From Octopus vulgaris (Eukaryota): 64,000 nucleotides of DNA. The translations under genes and the position numbers were made by a program. This document shows, piece after piece, positions 14,900-28,740 of this stretch; position 1 is the first letter of the stretch; every line of letters begins with the position of its first letter. The notes beneath the pieces were generated by a model. That model saw only the letters and a list, made by a program, of their open reading frames with translations, had not been told where the DNA came from and ran no database searches. The stretch covers positions 132,308,001-132,372,000 of the forward strand of contig OX597815.1 of assembly GCA_951406725.2 (NCBI GenBank), in the 5' to 3' direction.

Positions 14900-15900
14900 A
14901 TTACTGCAGATTTCTTCTCACAGAAGCTTTATATGTTCTCGATATTCATCTTGTATTTGAGTCATCATCAAAGAAACTGGTTAGATTTGTGTTTCTGTTT
15001 TTCCAAAATACAACGTTGTACCCGCTAGCCTTTCCCGGAATTCACGATAATATTTCCACTGCCATTATCTGCTCTAAAAGTCTATATTCACTCTTTCCGG
15101 CTTTTACTTTTATGATGGATAATCAAAAAGTACTCACACTTTTATAACTGTCAGCATTGTTTACAGTATTTAGTAGAACGAAATCACTTTATCGTCAAAT
15201 AGTAGAGAACAGAACGGAATGCCTTTGTTGCGATAATGCCAGATTCCACTTTAGCTGCCACACTACATATCAAGGAGCAGTACTTTGATCAGAATTTCTT
15301 CATCGGATCTCTAAATGCGTTTACTGTTGAAATAATAGTATTGATTGTTTTAGTAAACTTTCGTGGAATTCATTAAGCTCTCTACGAAGCTATGTATATT
15401 ATATCAGTTTAACCAACTGATATAATGTGCCGAGTTAGAAATTATGTACTTTTACACTGTCCCTGAAGTCAATGACATTAGTCTATCAGTCATTCCACTG
15501 AATGATTGCTGGTACAAGTTTACTAGGTGTCGTAAATAAAATGTTATTCCCTGTTGTTTTTCTACCATGGTCTCAAGGCTACCCTCTACTTTGTTTTCAA
15601 TGCGATATTATGAAAGATGTTCAACTGTGATTTCGTTGGGGCACACCATGTCTCACTTAAACTTTATTGTATTTAGCAAAATTTTCCCTATAGTATTCTC
15701 TGCTCGTAAAATGAACCATGTCTTAAATTTACGGTCAGCTGTTTAAAGCATGTGAAATTTCAGTGGTTATAAACGTATTACTCGATATGTATGAACACAG
15801 CTTCATTTCATCTAAGGAAGGTTACTGATATCTCATCGGGAGTTACCAGGATTCATTGAGGTTGTTAATATTTATTTAGATTACATCCGAATGGATATTG
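14900..15900 (-). pseudogene. Very decayed LINE RT, possibly RTE-like
   Basis: Scattered minus-strand motif remnants (VRHGVPQ, EEILIK...QLKW) in the expected order. Confidence 0.35.
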
Positions 15901-16081
15901 ACCTTGAATTCAACAGCTTCTATAATGTGGTTTGACCTTTATGAAAGAATAGAATCAAGTATTGTTTGGAGATCAAGGCACAGTTCATCTTCCTAGTAGA
16001 CAAGGCAGTAGGTCTTATTAGAATTTTCCCACTGTGTAACAATATATTTCTATATACAGTAAGATTGTAGATAAATTGTTA

Positions 16082-16384
16082 TGTATTGCGTGTTCGTTTC
16101 TATTTTGCATCTGTTATTTTATTTTTGATCTTCTATATAAATGAAGATATATGCTTTGTTTTGCTGCTTTTCTTTACACAAACTGAGAAGATATATTGCG
16201 GAAGTGTTGTTTTAATGAGTTAACGACCCAAAGAGACACATCTGCACTGCCGGATGCTCTTGAACCAGTTGCTAAATATCCCACTCGTGAGGGATGGATG
16301 CTAGATGTGTCGAAACAATTGACGTGATTAAGAAAAATTCTTGCATCTTCCATCTTCTGTCTTCCATTTACCATATGTCAGGCG

Positions 16385-16385
<1 letters not shown>
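16082..16385 (+). mobile_element. pLTR-like repeat family B with hammerhead-like motif (long stem II)
   Basis: Homologous to 43696-43992; GACACATCT...AGATGTGTC-GAAA-CAATTG; ends in (TA)n. Confidence 0.65.
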
Positions 16386-17500
<1,115 letters not shown>

Positions 17501-18619
17501 TCACGTATGTATCTATGTATGTTTAGTTACGTAAATATACTGAATGCTTATCTGCATATATATTTTTAACGATATTGTAAATGACAAATATATCGTTATT
17601 TAAAAACATCTAAATAATTAAAGTTTATCAATAAAATGTCTTCTTCCAATATTTTTACAAGTAACTCAGCCACTCAGATAAACATTTGACAGTATCGAAT
17701 ATCTATGATGATTCCGACTGTAAAGCGCAAAGACATTTGTAATCAAAATGTGCTTTCAATTAAATGTTAGCAATTATTTGATCAAGGTGACGTTGTAAAA
17801 TCTATTCTTACTTTATCGACAGAGAAAATGTTTAAAGACAGAAATAAACAATTTAATTTGAAATTATTCATGTTTAGATTACAATTGATTTGAACACCAC
17901 AGAATATTTATTCTCTTACTTTACTCTTAACACTAAAGTAATTAGAAAAAGATTTAGGTGTATCCATATTACTGTCGATATCTCAGAATGACAGTTAGAA
18001 CAAACAAATGCCGTTAATATTCCACTTCATGATCACTATTTGAGTTAGTATAGTTATGCTAGATAAGGGGAATATATTTTCAAAGTCTGGAGAAGTCTGT
18101 TATCTATTTCATATTTTTTATGATGCCAGTCTTTGAATTCATTTCTGCGTTATGAATTATAAACAATATTCTATAGAAGTCAAACTAACAATCGTTTTTT
18201 CTTCGGTGAGGTTATACAGCAAAAATATCTGTGAAATGTTTGAGACAATAGTCATGATTAAAACTAACAATTAATATACCTCAACTTCAGAATAATAAGA
18301 AATATATACACACACAAATATTACACTCCATAGAATCAATTACTAATCAGCCCCATCACAGCTAAACTTATACCCATTCTATTAAATGCTTTTTCAGTTG
18401 TAGTCCTTCTTTTCTTCCTCTTCTTCTTCATCATCATCATTATCGAAAAATATGGAAGCTGCATGTTTAGTATGAGGAAATGTGACCATACATAGCAACA
18501 CTTATTTCAGTTTAGGATCGCTGCCATGTACAGCGACATCTGCTCGTTATTCCGGGTGAATGGTAACATATCGGAACCATTCAACATTGTGCGTACGGAC
18601 CGTGAAGGGTACCCACCTT

Positions 18620-21420
18620 AAAGATTTACTTCAGAAAGCTTTGACGGTGGGGGATCGTTAACAATATATGGTGGTATAACATAAAAAGTGCCAACAAAGT
18701 AGAATCCGTTTGGTTTAGCAAAGTTTTAGTTGTAGAAAGAAATAGAATACAGGTTGATTTAGTGAGAAAGGTAGAAGAGGCGCTTAAGAAATGCATTACA
18801 ACTAACGTGCTGAGAGCATTGTTGGCCCTCGATCAACACTTCAACGCCAAGCACGAAGGTTGCATTATCAGAGCTAAGGCAATACTCTGAGACAAGAGGG
18901 AACCAAAGCTGCCCAAATGGCCAGGGTTGTTCAGGCGCAAAATGGCAATAAAAACACTATTCGGTCTTTGGTGGACCAAAATGAGCGCACGGTGAATGAG
19001 TCGGAGCAAATGTGTGCAGATTTTCAGCAGCATTTTGCCGAATTGCTTGGGACGAACGGTGAGCCAGATCGCATGACGAATTTCACTGCCTACCACGATG
19101 GCTTGCTACGACTATCAGCAAGAGATGCGGAGTGTAACGAAAACCAGATTACAACTGAGGAAATAAGGGACGAGGTAATGGGCCGCACGCGGGGGGGGGG
19201 GCATGTCGCTGGATTTAATGGTCTGCCCTACGAGCTTATCCTAGTATGCGAGACTTGTTTGCAGGCCTCTTGGCAGATATCTACTGCAACTGGCAACAGA
19301 ATCAGAGAATTCCCAAATCTGTGAGCTGAGGAGCTAATGCTGGGAAATGATCCAAACAAGAAGGAGGTATTAGATAATTCTAGGTCCATCACTGCTTAAC
19401 GCAGACATGAAACTTTGGCGTTAGGGAAGCGGTGTTAGTGAAGAGGTTGGTGCTAGTTGTTGAGAAACTTGTTGGAGATGCACAAACATGCACTGTCCCA
19501 AACAGGTCCATCCACGACAACATCCACCTCATGTGCTACATCGTAGATACGGTAGTCAAGAAACCTAGTGTGGGTGGAGTTGTGATCAATTTAGATCAGT
19601 CAAAAGCCTTTGATAGGGGTGACTATCACTATCTGGATGCTGTTCTCATGACGGCTGTTCTCAAGGCGACCAGTTTCGGTCTGGTTTCCGTGGCTTGATC
19701 GCTGCCATGTACAGCGACATCTGCTCGGTATTCCGGGTGAATGGTAACATATCGGAACCATTCAACATCGTGCGTTCGGACCGTGAAGGGTACCCACCTT
19801 TGTCCCTTCTGTATGTACTGATACTCGAGCGATTACCTCGGAAACTGGAGACGTCGAGAGTGTATCAGCATACGCAGACGACGTCACCGTCATAGTATCG
19901 GACGACAAGCAAATAGACCTGGTTAGAACTGCTGTGAAAGAATACGAGGAAGTGACGGGCGCAAAGATTAATCCGGAAAAGTGGGTGGGCCTTCAGCTTG
20001 GGACTTAGAGAAGCAGATCCTTGCCGACCGATAGCGTTGAAGGACATTGGTCGGTCGGGGCCGTAAAATTTCTTGGAGTCTGGTTCGGACCGGACATCGA
20101 ACTGGAGAAAACTTGGAGCGAGGTGACGGGTAGAGTAGCCAGTCTCACCCAGAAATTGCCCGAGAGGAAGCTATCCTTGGACGGTCGAGTAGAGGTGGCG
20201 AACACATACGTCGCCTCCGTCATATACTACCACCTCACCGTTGTACCTTGCCTCAATTCGTGCCTCGTCAAGCTGGAGCGTTTGCTTTTCTGCCTCTCAT
20301 GTAAGGGACGGACTCCGCTGGTCAGGCGCTCCATTTGCTAACAGCAAACGGTGGACTGGGTATGCCATGGCTATTGATGCGCAGACAAGCGCTGAGGTTG
20401 CGGCGCATCCAGCGTCTCCTCGACGACGGTGAGCAGATGTGGTAGACGTTTGTCAGACTCACTTTTCCGCAGCTCGTCTCTTTGATTGAACTACAATCTT
20501 GGCTCAAGCGTAGACCGAGGATGGGCGTATGGCACCTTGAGTATCGAAAGGTGCTCACGCTCCTCAGCCAGTTGGGCAATGCAGTTATAGGAAGTTCTCC
20601 TATGGCGTTGTATAGAGTGTTAGTGGTGAAAGAAACCGACGACGTTCCTGGGGAGACACTAGACATCGAGAATTTCAACTCACCAGTCATTCCCGGAGGA
20701 CTTTCGTGCTACGGCCTATGGACAACACCCAGAATTCGCTGGCCTGGCATGTTTTCCTTGTTCGAGATGAACTCTGCAGGCACGGAAGTGCCGTCAGTCA
20801 GACCTGCCGGAGACGTGCCTAAGCATAACTGATATATGGGTATATGTCGAACACTTGCTGTCACGTGTAGGACATGTCCGCTTGTCGGCTCAATCCATCA
20901 TGAAGATTGCCCCGCCGCCTTCCTTTGGCCGTCAAAGGAAGGCATATTTCATCTGTCTCGTGGCTGTAACGAAAGAAGTTGTGTGGTGTTCTAGACTAAA
21001 AGGGCGGAAGACATATTCTTTTCTCTTTGGCTTACCCCTTATCAACATATTCGGATACTATCTGAAATGGAAAGTGAAGATTGAGAGAGAAGTGCTGACT
21101 TCCAGCAAATTTGATGAAAAGGTGGGTGAATGTAACAAAGATGGTCCGTGCCGAATAGCCTACTTTGAGCATGCGCTTTTGAGTTACCAAGGCTGAGAGA
21201 GAGAGAGAAAGATGGGGAGAGTGCTCTTGTGCTAATGGTCGGAGTGCATGTGTATTTTTCGTGAGGTCTCCATGAGTTGCTTGTCTCTTTAAGGCATTTT
21301 CTTTCTTATATTTTTCATTGCGATTGTCTTTTTACACGACACTTTATGCAGCTCCAATTTGGCCTTCGCGTTTTGTAATGCACAATCATATTTTTGTCGG
21401 CCTTTGTAGATAGTATAGAA
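18620..21420 (+). mobile_element. Tx1/L1-clade LINE, 5'-truncated, many stops and frameshifts
   Basis: QTCTVPNRSIHDNIHL, INLDQSKAFDR, AYADDVT (~19870), KFLGVWFG, RKLSLDGRVEVANTY. Confidence 0.9.
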
Positions 21421-21424
21421 AGGA

Positions 21425-21465
21425 TTGTTATTGTCATCATAATGATCATCATCATCATCATCATA

Positions 21466-21518
<53 letters not shown>

Positions 21519-21590
21519 CATCATCATCATCATCATCATCATTATTATTGTTATCATCATCATCATCCTCATCATCATTATTATTATCAT
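21425..21590. repeat. (ATT)n/(ATC)n microsatellite
   Basis: Read directly. Confidence 0.95.
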
Positions 21591-21594
21591 TGCC

Positions 21595-22032
21595 TTTGCA
21601 CAGCCTCTAACGCTGGAGATGTGTTACGTTGTCAGCTGTTCACTACCAGTGAACTAAGGTTTCTTGGTTTTCGAGCACTTTCCGGAGTATTCGAGCGGTT
21701 CCAAGCAGTGCTGTTTTCTGCAAGAGCTCTACTCTTATTTCAGCGCCTATTTGTTCCATGTACTTCTCGAGATTTTTACACACTGTTCTCAGGCCTTAGA
21801 CAATTATTTTGTACCACTACCATCTTTTTCATCGACCACAACTAATGCAGTATTCGCATCCAAGAAATCCTCTTCCCCCTCTTTTTCTTGGTACATATAG
21901 TCTGCCTGTGTCACTTTTTGGCAATTTCCTTGTATTTCTGTCTAAGCTGTTTAGTTCGTCTACTGTCCATGCGATTACCCCTGCTTCATATATAAGAAGT
22001 GAAAACGCCCAGGTGTTGATAGCTTCAATCTT
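21595..22032 (-). mobile_element. R4/Dong-like RLE LINE 3' fragment with internal deletion
   Basis: IEAINTWA...LDRNTRKL..RLYVPRKRGGRG fused to KNLEKYMEQIGAEIRVELLQKTALLGTARILRKVLE. Confidence 0.8.
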
Positions 22033-22069
22033 ATATTATTATTATCATTATTATTAATATTATTATTAT

Positions 22070-24457
22070 TTATTCTATGTTTGACTTTTGCTTTATATTT
22101 GTACAAGTTGGCTCCAAGTCTCACCCAGAGACCTCAAGAGACAACAGGGTTGGAAGTTCATGTTGTTGTTATGCCTAGTGTGCCATATATTTGGGGGTGG
22201 GGTGTTGTACTAATGAATGTCTAAAAAAAAAATTTTTTTTTTTTTTTTTAAACCGAGAATTATGTTTGTTTTAAACCTTGAGATTACATAGAAAGTATTT
22301 TGCGTAGGATATGAGCAGTTCCCATGAGCACTATCTTTTGAATTTCTGCCATTTTGGGGTTTCCTGGTATCTGAGTTAGGTAGCTATCTGCCCCTTTTGC
22401 TATCATTCCCAGGGCACCTATGACAACAGGTATTGTTTTAGTCTTCAGCTTCCACATTTTGCTGATTTCTATTTCAAGATCTTTATATTTGCTCAGTTTT
22501 TGGTAGGTCTTGACAGATACGTTTATATCGATTGGGACAGTCATATCAATGAGGAGGCATGTTCTTTGTTTGAAGTCTTTCAATATGATGTCTGGCCTAT
22601 TTGCATCTATCTTTCTGTCAGTTTGAATGGCGAAGTTCCAGAGGAGTGAGATGTGGTCATTTTCAAGCACTGGGGGTGGTTTGTGTTCCCACCATTTTTT
22701 TCATGGGGCAAATCCAGGTTTTTACAGATTACCCAGTGAATATATTGTGCAGCTCTATCGTGCCTGTTGAGATATTCTGTAGGCGCTAGAAGACTGCACT
22801 TGGAGACAACATGGTCACTGGTTTCATTTTGTTGCTTGCATACACGACACGTTGGACTGCTTCTGATTTTTAATATGTTGGCCTGGTAGTTTCTTGTTGG
22901 TAGGCATTGATCTTGAGCTGCTATGATAAACCCCTCTGTTTCAGATTTTAAGCCAGAGGCCATTAGCCATTGATGGGTCAGGGCTTTGTCAACATCTGCA
23001 TTATTTGCTCTCTTTGGGTATTTGCCATAGAGAGGTTTTTCTTGCCATTTATCATTCAGAATATCTAAAGCCGCAGATTTAGCACGGGTTTTCATGCGCT
23101 TAGCTTTTTCTGTGCCTGTTTCTTGTATGTCTATCTCTAATTCCGAAGTTTGTTGTATTCGGAATTCACTTAGATATTCCTTTGCCTGTTTTGTTACTGA
23201 GTATGATGCTTTCTTGTTTTCATGTTTTGAGACAAGTTTTAACATCCAGTCCTCAGAGTTTTTCAGGTAGGTGTCTAGGCCAATTGTAGCAATCTTCATT
23301 GTTATTGCCAGTTGTAAAAGTCCACGGCCTCCTCTTTTCTTGGCAGATAAAGTCGTTCTGTATCTGCCTTAGGGTGGTGCATTCTATGCATTGTCAACAG
23401 TTTTCGTATTTTTCTGTCAAGATTACATATTTCAGTAATTGACCAGTTAACGATACTGAAACTGTAAGTCACGACTGGTATGGCTAATGCATTGATCGCT
23501 TCGATCCTGTTTCTCGCATTCAACTCTATCTTGAGTATTGCTCTTACTCTGCGATAGCATTCTCTCCTGATCCTTTCCTTCATCTCTGAATGCCTTATTC
23601 CTTCTCCTTCAATTACCCCTAGATACTTGTAGTTCTCTGCTGGGTCTAGTTCTTTTATGACATTCTGCTGGTCAAGATTAACGTTAGATGTTTCTGTCAT
23701 TTTTCCTTTGATAAAGGTAGCTTTTGCGCATTTATCGAGGCCAAATTGCATTCTGATGTCATCACTGAATTGTTTGACAATCGCTAGTAAGCCCTTGAGT
23801 TGTTGGTCATTTTTTGCAAAGAGCTTTAAATCATCCATGTAAATGAGATGATTTATATTTTTATCAAACATTTTATATCCGTACTGCGCATCATTGAGCA
23901 GTTTTGAGAGAGGTATTAAGGCTAAACAGAAGAGGAGGGGTGATAGTGAGTCACCCTGGAAAATGCCACATGAAATTTTTACATCACCAGCATTTAGAGA
24001 TTCATTGTCACTGTTCAAAGTTAGTGTGGTTCTCCATGATCTCATACTTACAGACAAAAAGTTTCGCAGAGCAGGTGCTATCTTATACATTTCTAGGCAT
24101 TTATTAATCCAGCTATGTGGTAGGCTATCAAAAGCCTTTTTATAGTCTATCCAGGCTATTGATAAGTTTTTGTGTCGTTTGTGACAATCTTCTAAGATCA
24201 TCTTATTGATGAGTAGTTGATCTTTACAACCGTAGGATCCACGTTTACATCCTTTCTGTTCATTAGGGAATATGCTGCTGTCTGTCATCCAGGCTATTAG
24301 GGAATATGCTGCTGTATAGTCTATCCAGGCTATTGATAAGTTTTTGTGTCGTTTGTGACAATCTTCTAAGATCATCTTATTGATGAGTAGTTGATCTTTA
24401 CAACCGTAGGACCCACGTTTACATCCTTTCTGTTCATTAGGGAATATGCTGGCTGTC

Positions 24458-24460
<3 letters not shown>
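22070..24460 (-). mobile_element. Young 5'-truncated R4/Dong-like LINE (RT, CCHC, restriction-like endonuclease) in (TAA)n
   Basis: WIDYKKAFDSLPH, GIFQGDSLSPLLF, YMDDLKL, CRVC...HVVSKC, RPDI...IDMTVP...KYKDL, IGALG; only two frameshifts; (TTA)n on both sides. Confidence 0.92.
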
Positions 24461-24535
<75 letters not shown>

Positions 24536-24544
24536 TATTATTAA

Positions 24545-24632
<88 letters not shown>
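24461..24632. repeat. (TTA)n microsatellite
   Basis: Read directly. Confidence 0.95.
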
Positions 24633-24644
24633 TCAATTCATTGC

Positions 24645-25450
24645 TCTATAGAGGGCAATTCGCAGTGCTATGAGTACGTGCACTGTTTTCTTTTGGATAT
24701 GTTATTGTTACTGTATAGCGATGTGCTCAATGTAATATCAGTGCAGTATGTAGCAATGCTATTTACTTCACGACATGCATTTCCGTGAGTTCCGAGGTTA
24801 TAGTTTTGTTTAGGTATGTATCGAATTCATTGACCTTTCCCAAATAACATAATATTTTAGAGATTATATCTATTTTCAGGCCCCATATATATGTTATTTC
24901 TCTTCCCATATCTTTTTATGTGTATAATTTCTCCATCTATTTTAGAGACATCGTATTATTTCTTAAGACTAATAATATGTTAAGTAAAAGGCTTTGATTT
25001 TTCTGGTCCTTAATTTTAAAAAATTCCTGCGCGATTAACTCTCATATCCTTATCTCTCTACATTAACATATCCAAGCATATGGTTGCAATGATTTTCATG
25101 TTGGCCATTTTTCTTTTCTGTTAATCCTTCATAGAGTTGGTACGTGTCCTAGCCTATGTAAGTCTTATATCTGTCATTCCTGTGGACGTATTCTTAACTG
25201 GCTAACACTAGACAAACCTATTTAATATGGTTGAATATTTCTTCCCTCATTGGTACATATTTTGTCGTTACTCATGACATTCTTCCTTATTCATTCCTCT
25301 AATTTCTGGTGCCCACGCTTTGGTCCTGCACTGCTCTCAGGAATTCTTCAGTCTCTACGTTGGGTGAATTTTCAGAGTCGTTACAGCATCAGACAAAATT
25401 ATTTGCTGTATACCTTAGAATCATTACATTATGTGTTCAAATCATTGTAA
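24645..25450 (-). mobile_element. Old decayed R4/Dong-like 3' end
   Basis: EKLYT*KDMGREITYIWGLKI and NIQK-like C-terminus on minus strand. Confidence 0.5.
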
Positions 25451-25866
25451 GGTCAATGTTGTATTTGATCTTACCCGAGTCGGTGAAGTAACGTACTAGT
25501 CAAGTAATAGGATCTATTATATCGACTAACCTCATCCCTCAAAACGTTTGGCCTTCTACCACAAATATGGTTATCAAAGATGAGTAAGCATCGAACTGAA
25601 TATTATGTAATACTTAAGTGCTTCTTGGCCGCGCATTGGCAGAATGAGATGTAAAATGAAGATATTATAAAACCAATAATGGGTCTTACGTTAAAAATAC
25701 ATGCTAAACATAAAATTTATCTTAAACTTTGATTATTAATTAGAAACATTTTAAATTTCGTTTTCTATTCATCCGAAAACAATAAACTTTCGAATCACGC
25801 AAAAACGTGATGTATTTATTTTCTATTTATCTTAAATAGACTTCTGTCACGTTAACCTGATATTTG

Positions 25867-25949
<83 letters not shown>

Positions 25950-26058
25950 GTGTGTGTGTAAGTGTGTATAAGTGTGTTCGTGCGTGTGCGTACTTGTGTG
26001 TGTGTGCATATATATATATTTGTGTGTGTGTATATATATATATATATATGTGTGTGTG

Positions 26059-26154
<96 letters not shown>

Positions 26155-26157
26155 GTG

Positions 26158-26464
26158 GAGGCGCAATGACGTAGTGGTTAGGGCAGCGGACTCGCGGTCG
26201 TAGAATCGCGGTTTCGATTCCGAGACCGGGCGTTGTGAGTGTTTATTGAGCGAGAACACCTAAAAGCTCCACGAGGCTCCGGCAGGAGGTGGTGATCCCT
26301 GCTGTACTCTTTCACCACAACTTTCCCCCACTCTTTCTTCTGTTGGCCTGCTCGCTCAGCCAGCGGTGTGGCGTCATTTGAAGGCTAAAACAATGCGAAC
26401 GCATTGTGACCAGCGATGTGCAACAACATCTGATGGCCTGGTCGGTCACGTGATGATGACGTGA
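26158..26464 (+). mobile_element. tRNA-derived SINE family 3, full length
   Basis: ggcgcaatgacgtagtggttagggcagcggactcgcggtcgtagaatcgcggtttcgattccgagacc tRNA-like head; gtgat tail; related pieces at 26900-26952 (-), 43200-43380, ~44040. Confidence 0.8.
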
Positions 26465-26699
26465 TATATATATTTATATATATATAAAGATACATGTACC
26501 TATTCTCGTGTGGGCGAACGTGTAGATGAGTGGATATACGTACAACGTGTTTGAATGTTTTTTTAGTGAGTTTAAATAGTTTGCATGAAGCATTTCCCGA
26601 AATATAAATGTTTTTCATTGTTTTTAAAGCAAAAACATTACAAGTTTTATACAATGATAAAAGCTGATAGCCTATAGTTTCTCTTTGTAATATTTTGTT

Positions 26700-26952
26700 G
26701 TGACCCTCTTAGGTCATGAATAACCATGGGATTACACCTAGATGGTTACCCTCCGAGGCACAAGTCTGGGCATGGTTGTTTATAGAAGACCAGCAGCCAC
26801 TCCGCGCATACCTGCCTCCCCTCTCCACGCCACCGATGTTATCCAAGGGAAAGGCAAAGGCCGATGCAGCTTGGCATCAGGGAAAGAGCACAGTAGGGTT
26901 CACCACAACCCCTGCCGGAGTCTCGTGGAGCTTTAGATGTTTTCGCTCAATA
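26700..26952 (-). mobile_element. SINE fragment: family-3 middle joined to a different (Ceph/RTE-5'-like) 3' segment
   Basis: 26900-26952 is the reverse complement of 26244-26293; the remainder differs from 26300-26460. Confidence 0.5.
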
Positions 26953-27009
26953 GGTACTTGATTGTAACGTTCAACATCATATATATATATATATATATTT
27001 ATACATATA

Positions 27010-27550
27010 ACTTATAACTTAGAATAACTTAGAAAGGTTTTGGCCATTATTGGCCCAGGCCATGTCTAACTTAATAGAACCACCTGGCGAAGTCTTTCAG
27101 TTCAGGATTTGGGCACCAAGGCCCATTCGAGCAGAGAGTTATTGTTTGCGGAGACATATCCGGGTGTGGGTGGTTTGTCCGGTACTGTTTGAAGGAATTT
27201 GTCCAAAGACTTCTTGAATTTTGTGTGGTCAGTTTCTTTTTTGACGTGTCCTGGTGTAATGTTGAAGAGAGCGGGTCCAATTGAGGTGAAATAGTTGTGC
27301 CGTATTGTCGTTATGTGATGTGATTTAGATTTTTGTTGTGGACGGATGGCACGTGGTCCAAGCCTTGAATGCATTTTGAAGGTGATGCCAACATCATTCG
27401 GACAGTGCTGATGGAATATTTTCCACATCATACAGATAATGTAGCGTTCACGGCGTCGTTGGAGTGAATACAATTTCAGCTTCTCTAGTCTACCCCAGTA
27501 GTCAAGGTCTGACATGCCATCTATCTTTTTTGTGATTGACCTTTGGGTCA
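27010..27550 (-). mobile_element. CR1-like LINE 3' end
   Basis: QRSITKKIDGMSDLDYWGRLEKLKLYSLQRRRERY...GPALFN...FKKSLDKFLQTVPDKP; short tandem tail (taagtt-like). Confidence 0.88.
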
Positions 27551-27609
27551 TATATATACACATATATATATATATATGTGTGTGTATATATATAAAAAAA
27601 TTATATATA

Positions 27610-27895
27610 TTAATAGTAACATGACAACAAAAGAATGAATAAGAACTCGATATTATGTAAATAGAGGAATTTATCTATAAATATAATACGTGACAATTAG
27701 TGGTTATCATAATAAAACTCAGAGATTCGGGTGCCGTGGCTGAAGACTGCTCCGGCATCTCATCAGTTATTAAGACAAACAAAGATGTATTTTTGTTAGT
27801 CTTAATTACTGATGAGATGCCGGAGCAGACTTCAGCCCCAGCATCCGAAGCTCTGAGTTTTATTATGTCAACCAACTAATTGTCACATATTATAT
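27610..27895. mobile_element. Fold-back hammerhead element, family A copy 1
   Basis: Inverted arms 27681-27895, centre ~27790; CTGATGA-GATGC...GCATC-CGAA(g)-CTCTGAG-TT on both strands; TA-rich flanks. Confidence 0.8.
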
Positions 27896-28321
27896 ACACG
27901 CAAAAGCACACACATATATGCATTCATGTATGTATGTATATATGTATATATGTATGTTTGTATGTTTGCATAGTGTTAAATCCTGTGTTCACCAAAGCAT
28001 TTTTACATTCTTCAACAAAAGAAAGTCGACGTGGGTATTAATATAGATATATATATATATACATATTAAAGAAACAGAAGAGTCACTACATTCTTTTTGT
28101 TCGGTTTTCAGCCATTTTACTGAAACAGTGTTGTATCTAAATAACTACTTCACACATAACTCTTTCTGTATTCTTGATACCTGTAATGTAATTTAAATGC
28201 ATATGAGGCTCATAGACAAAAATTAAACTATAACTGCTTGAGAGTTTCAAAACGTAGTATTGCTATACAGATAATGGTATATGCATACGTATAGGAATGC
28301 GTATAAATGCTAGAAATCATC

Positions 28322-28740
28322 TAAGGCGATTTGCAGGCAGAATCGTTTATATGGCGGACGAAAATGCTTAATGGTATTTCTTCCGGCTCTTTACGGTTTG
28401 AGTTCAAATGCCACCAAATTTGAATCTGCCGCTCATCCCTTCGGGGCTGGTAAAATAAGTACCAGTTAAATATTGGAGGACAATGCTCACTTCGAAATTA
28501 CCGGCTGTGTGTCAAAATTAAATTGAAAAATTATTTAAGATATCTAGTTGACAGAACAGGTAGCACGCCGGACGAAATGATTAGTGTGTTTCTTCCAGAT
28601 TTTTAAGGTCTGAATTCAAATCTTGTCGAAGTTCCGTATTCTGTTAATCCTTTTGATGTCATTACAAATAGCGTACCAGTCAGGTTTTGGGATCTTTGTG
28701 ATCGACATGTCCTTTCCCTACAAAATGGCTAGTGTTGAAT
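28322..28740 (+). mobile_element. Old SINE family 2 copies in tandem
   Basis: Two decayed heads and B boxes. Confidence 0.6.

Noticed and set aside
26158-26235. Possible tRNA gene
   Set aside because: No complete acceptor stem, and it continues into a SINE body found elsewhere in the window
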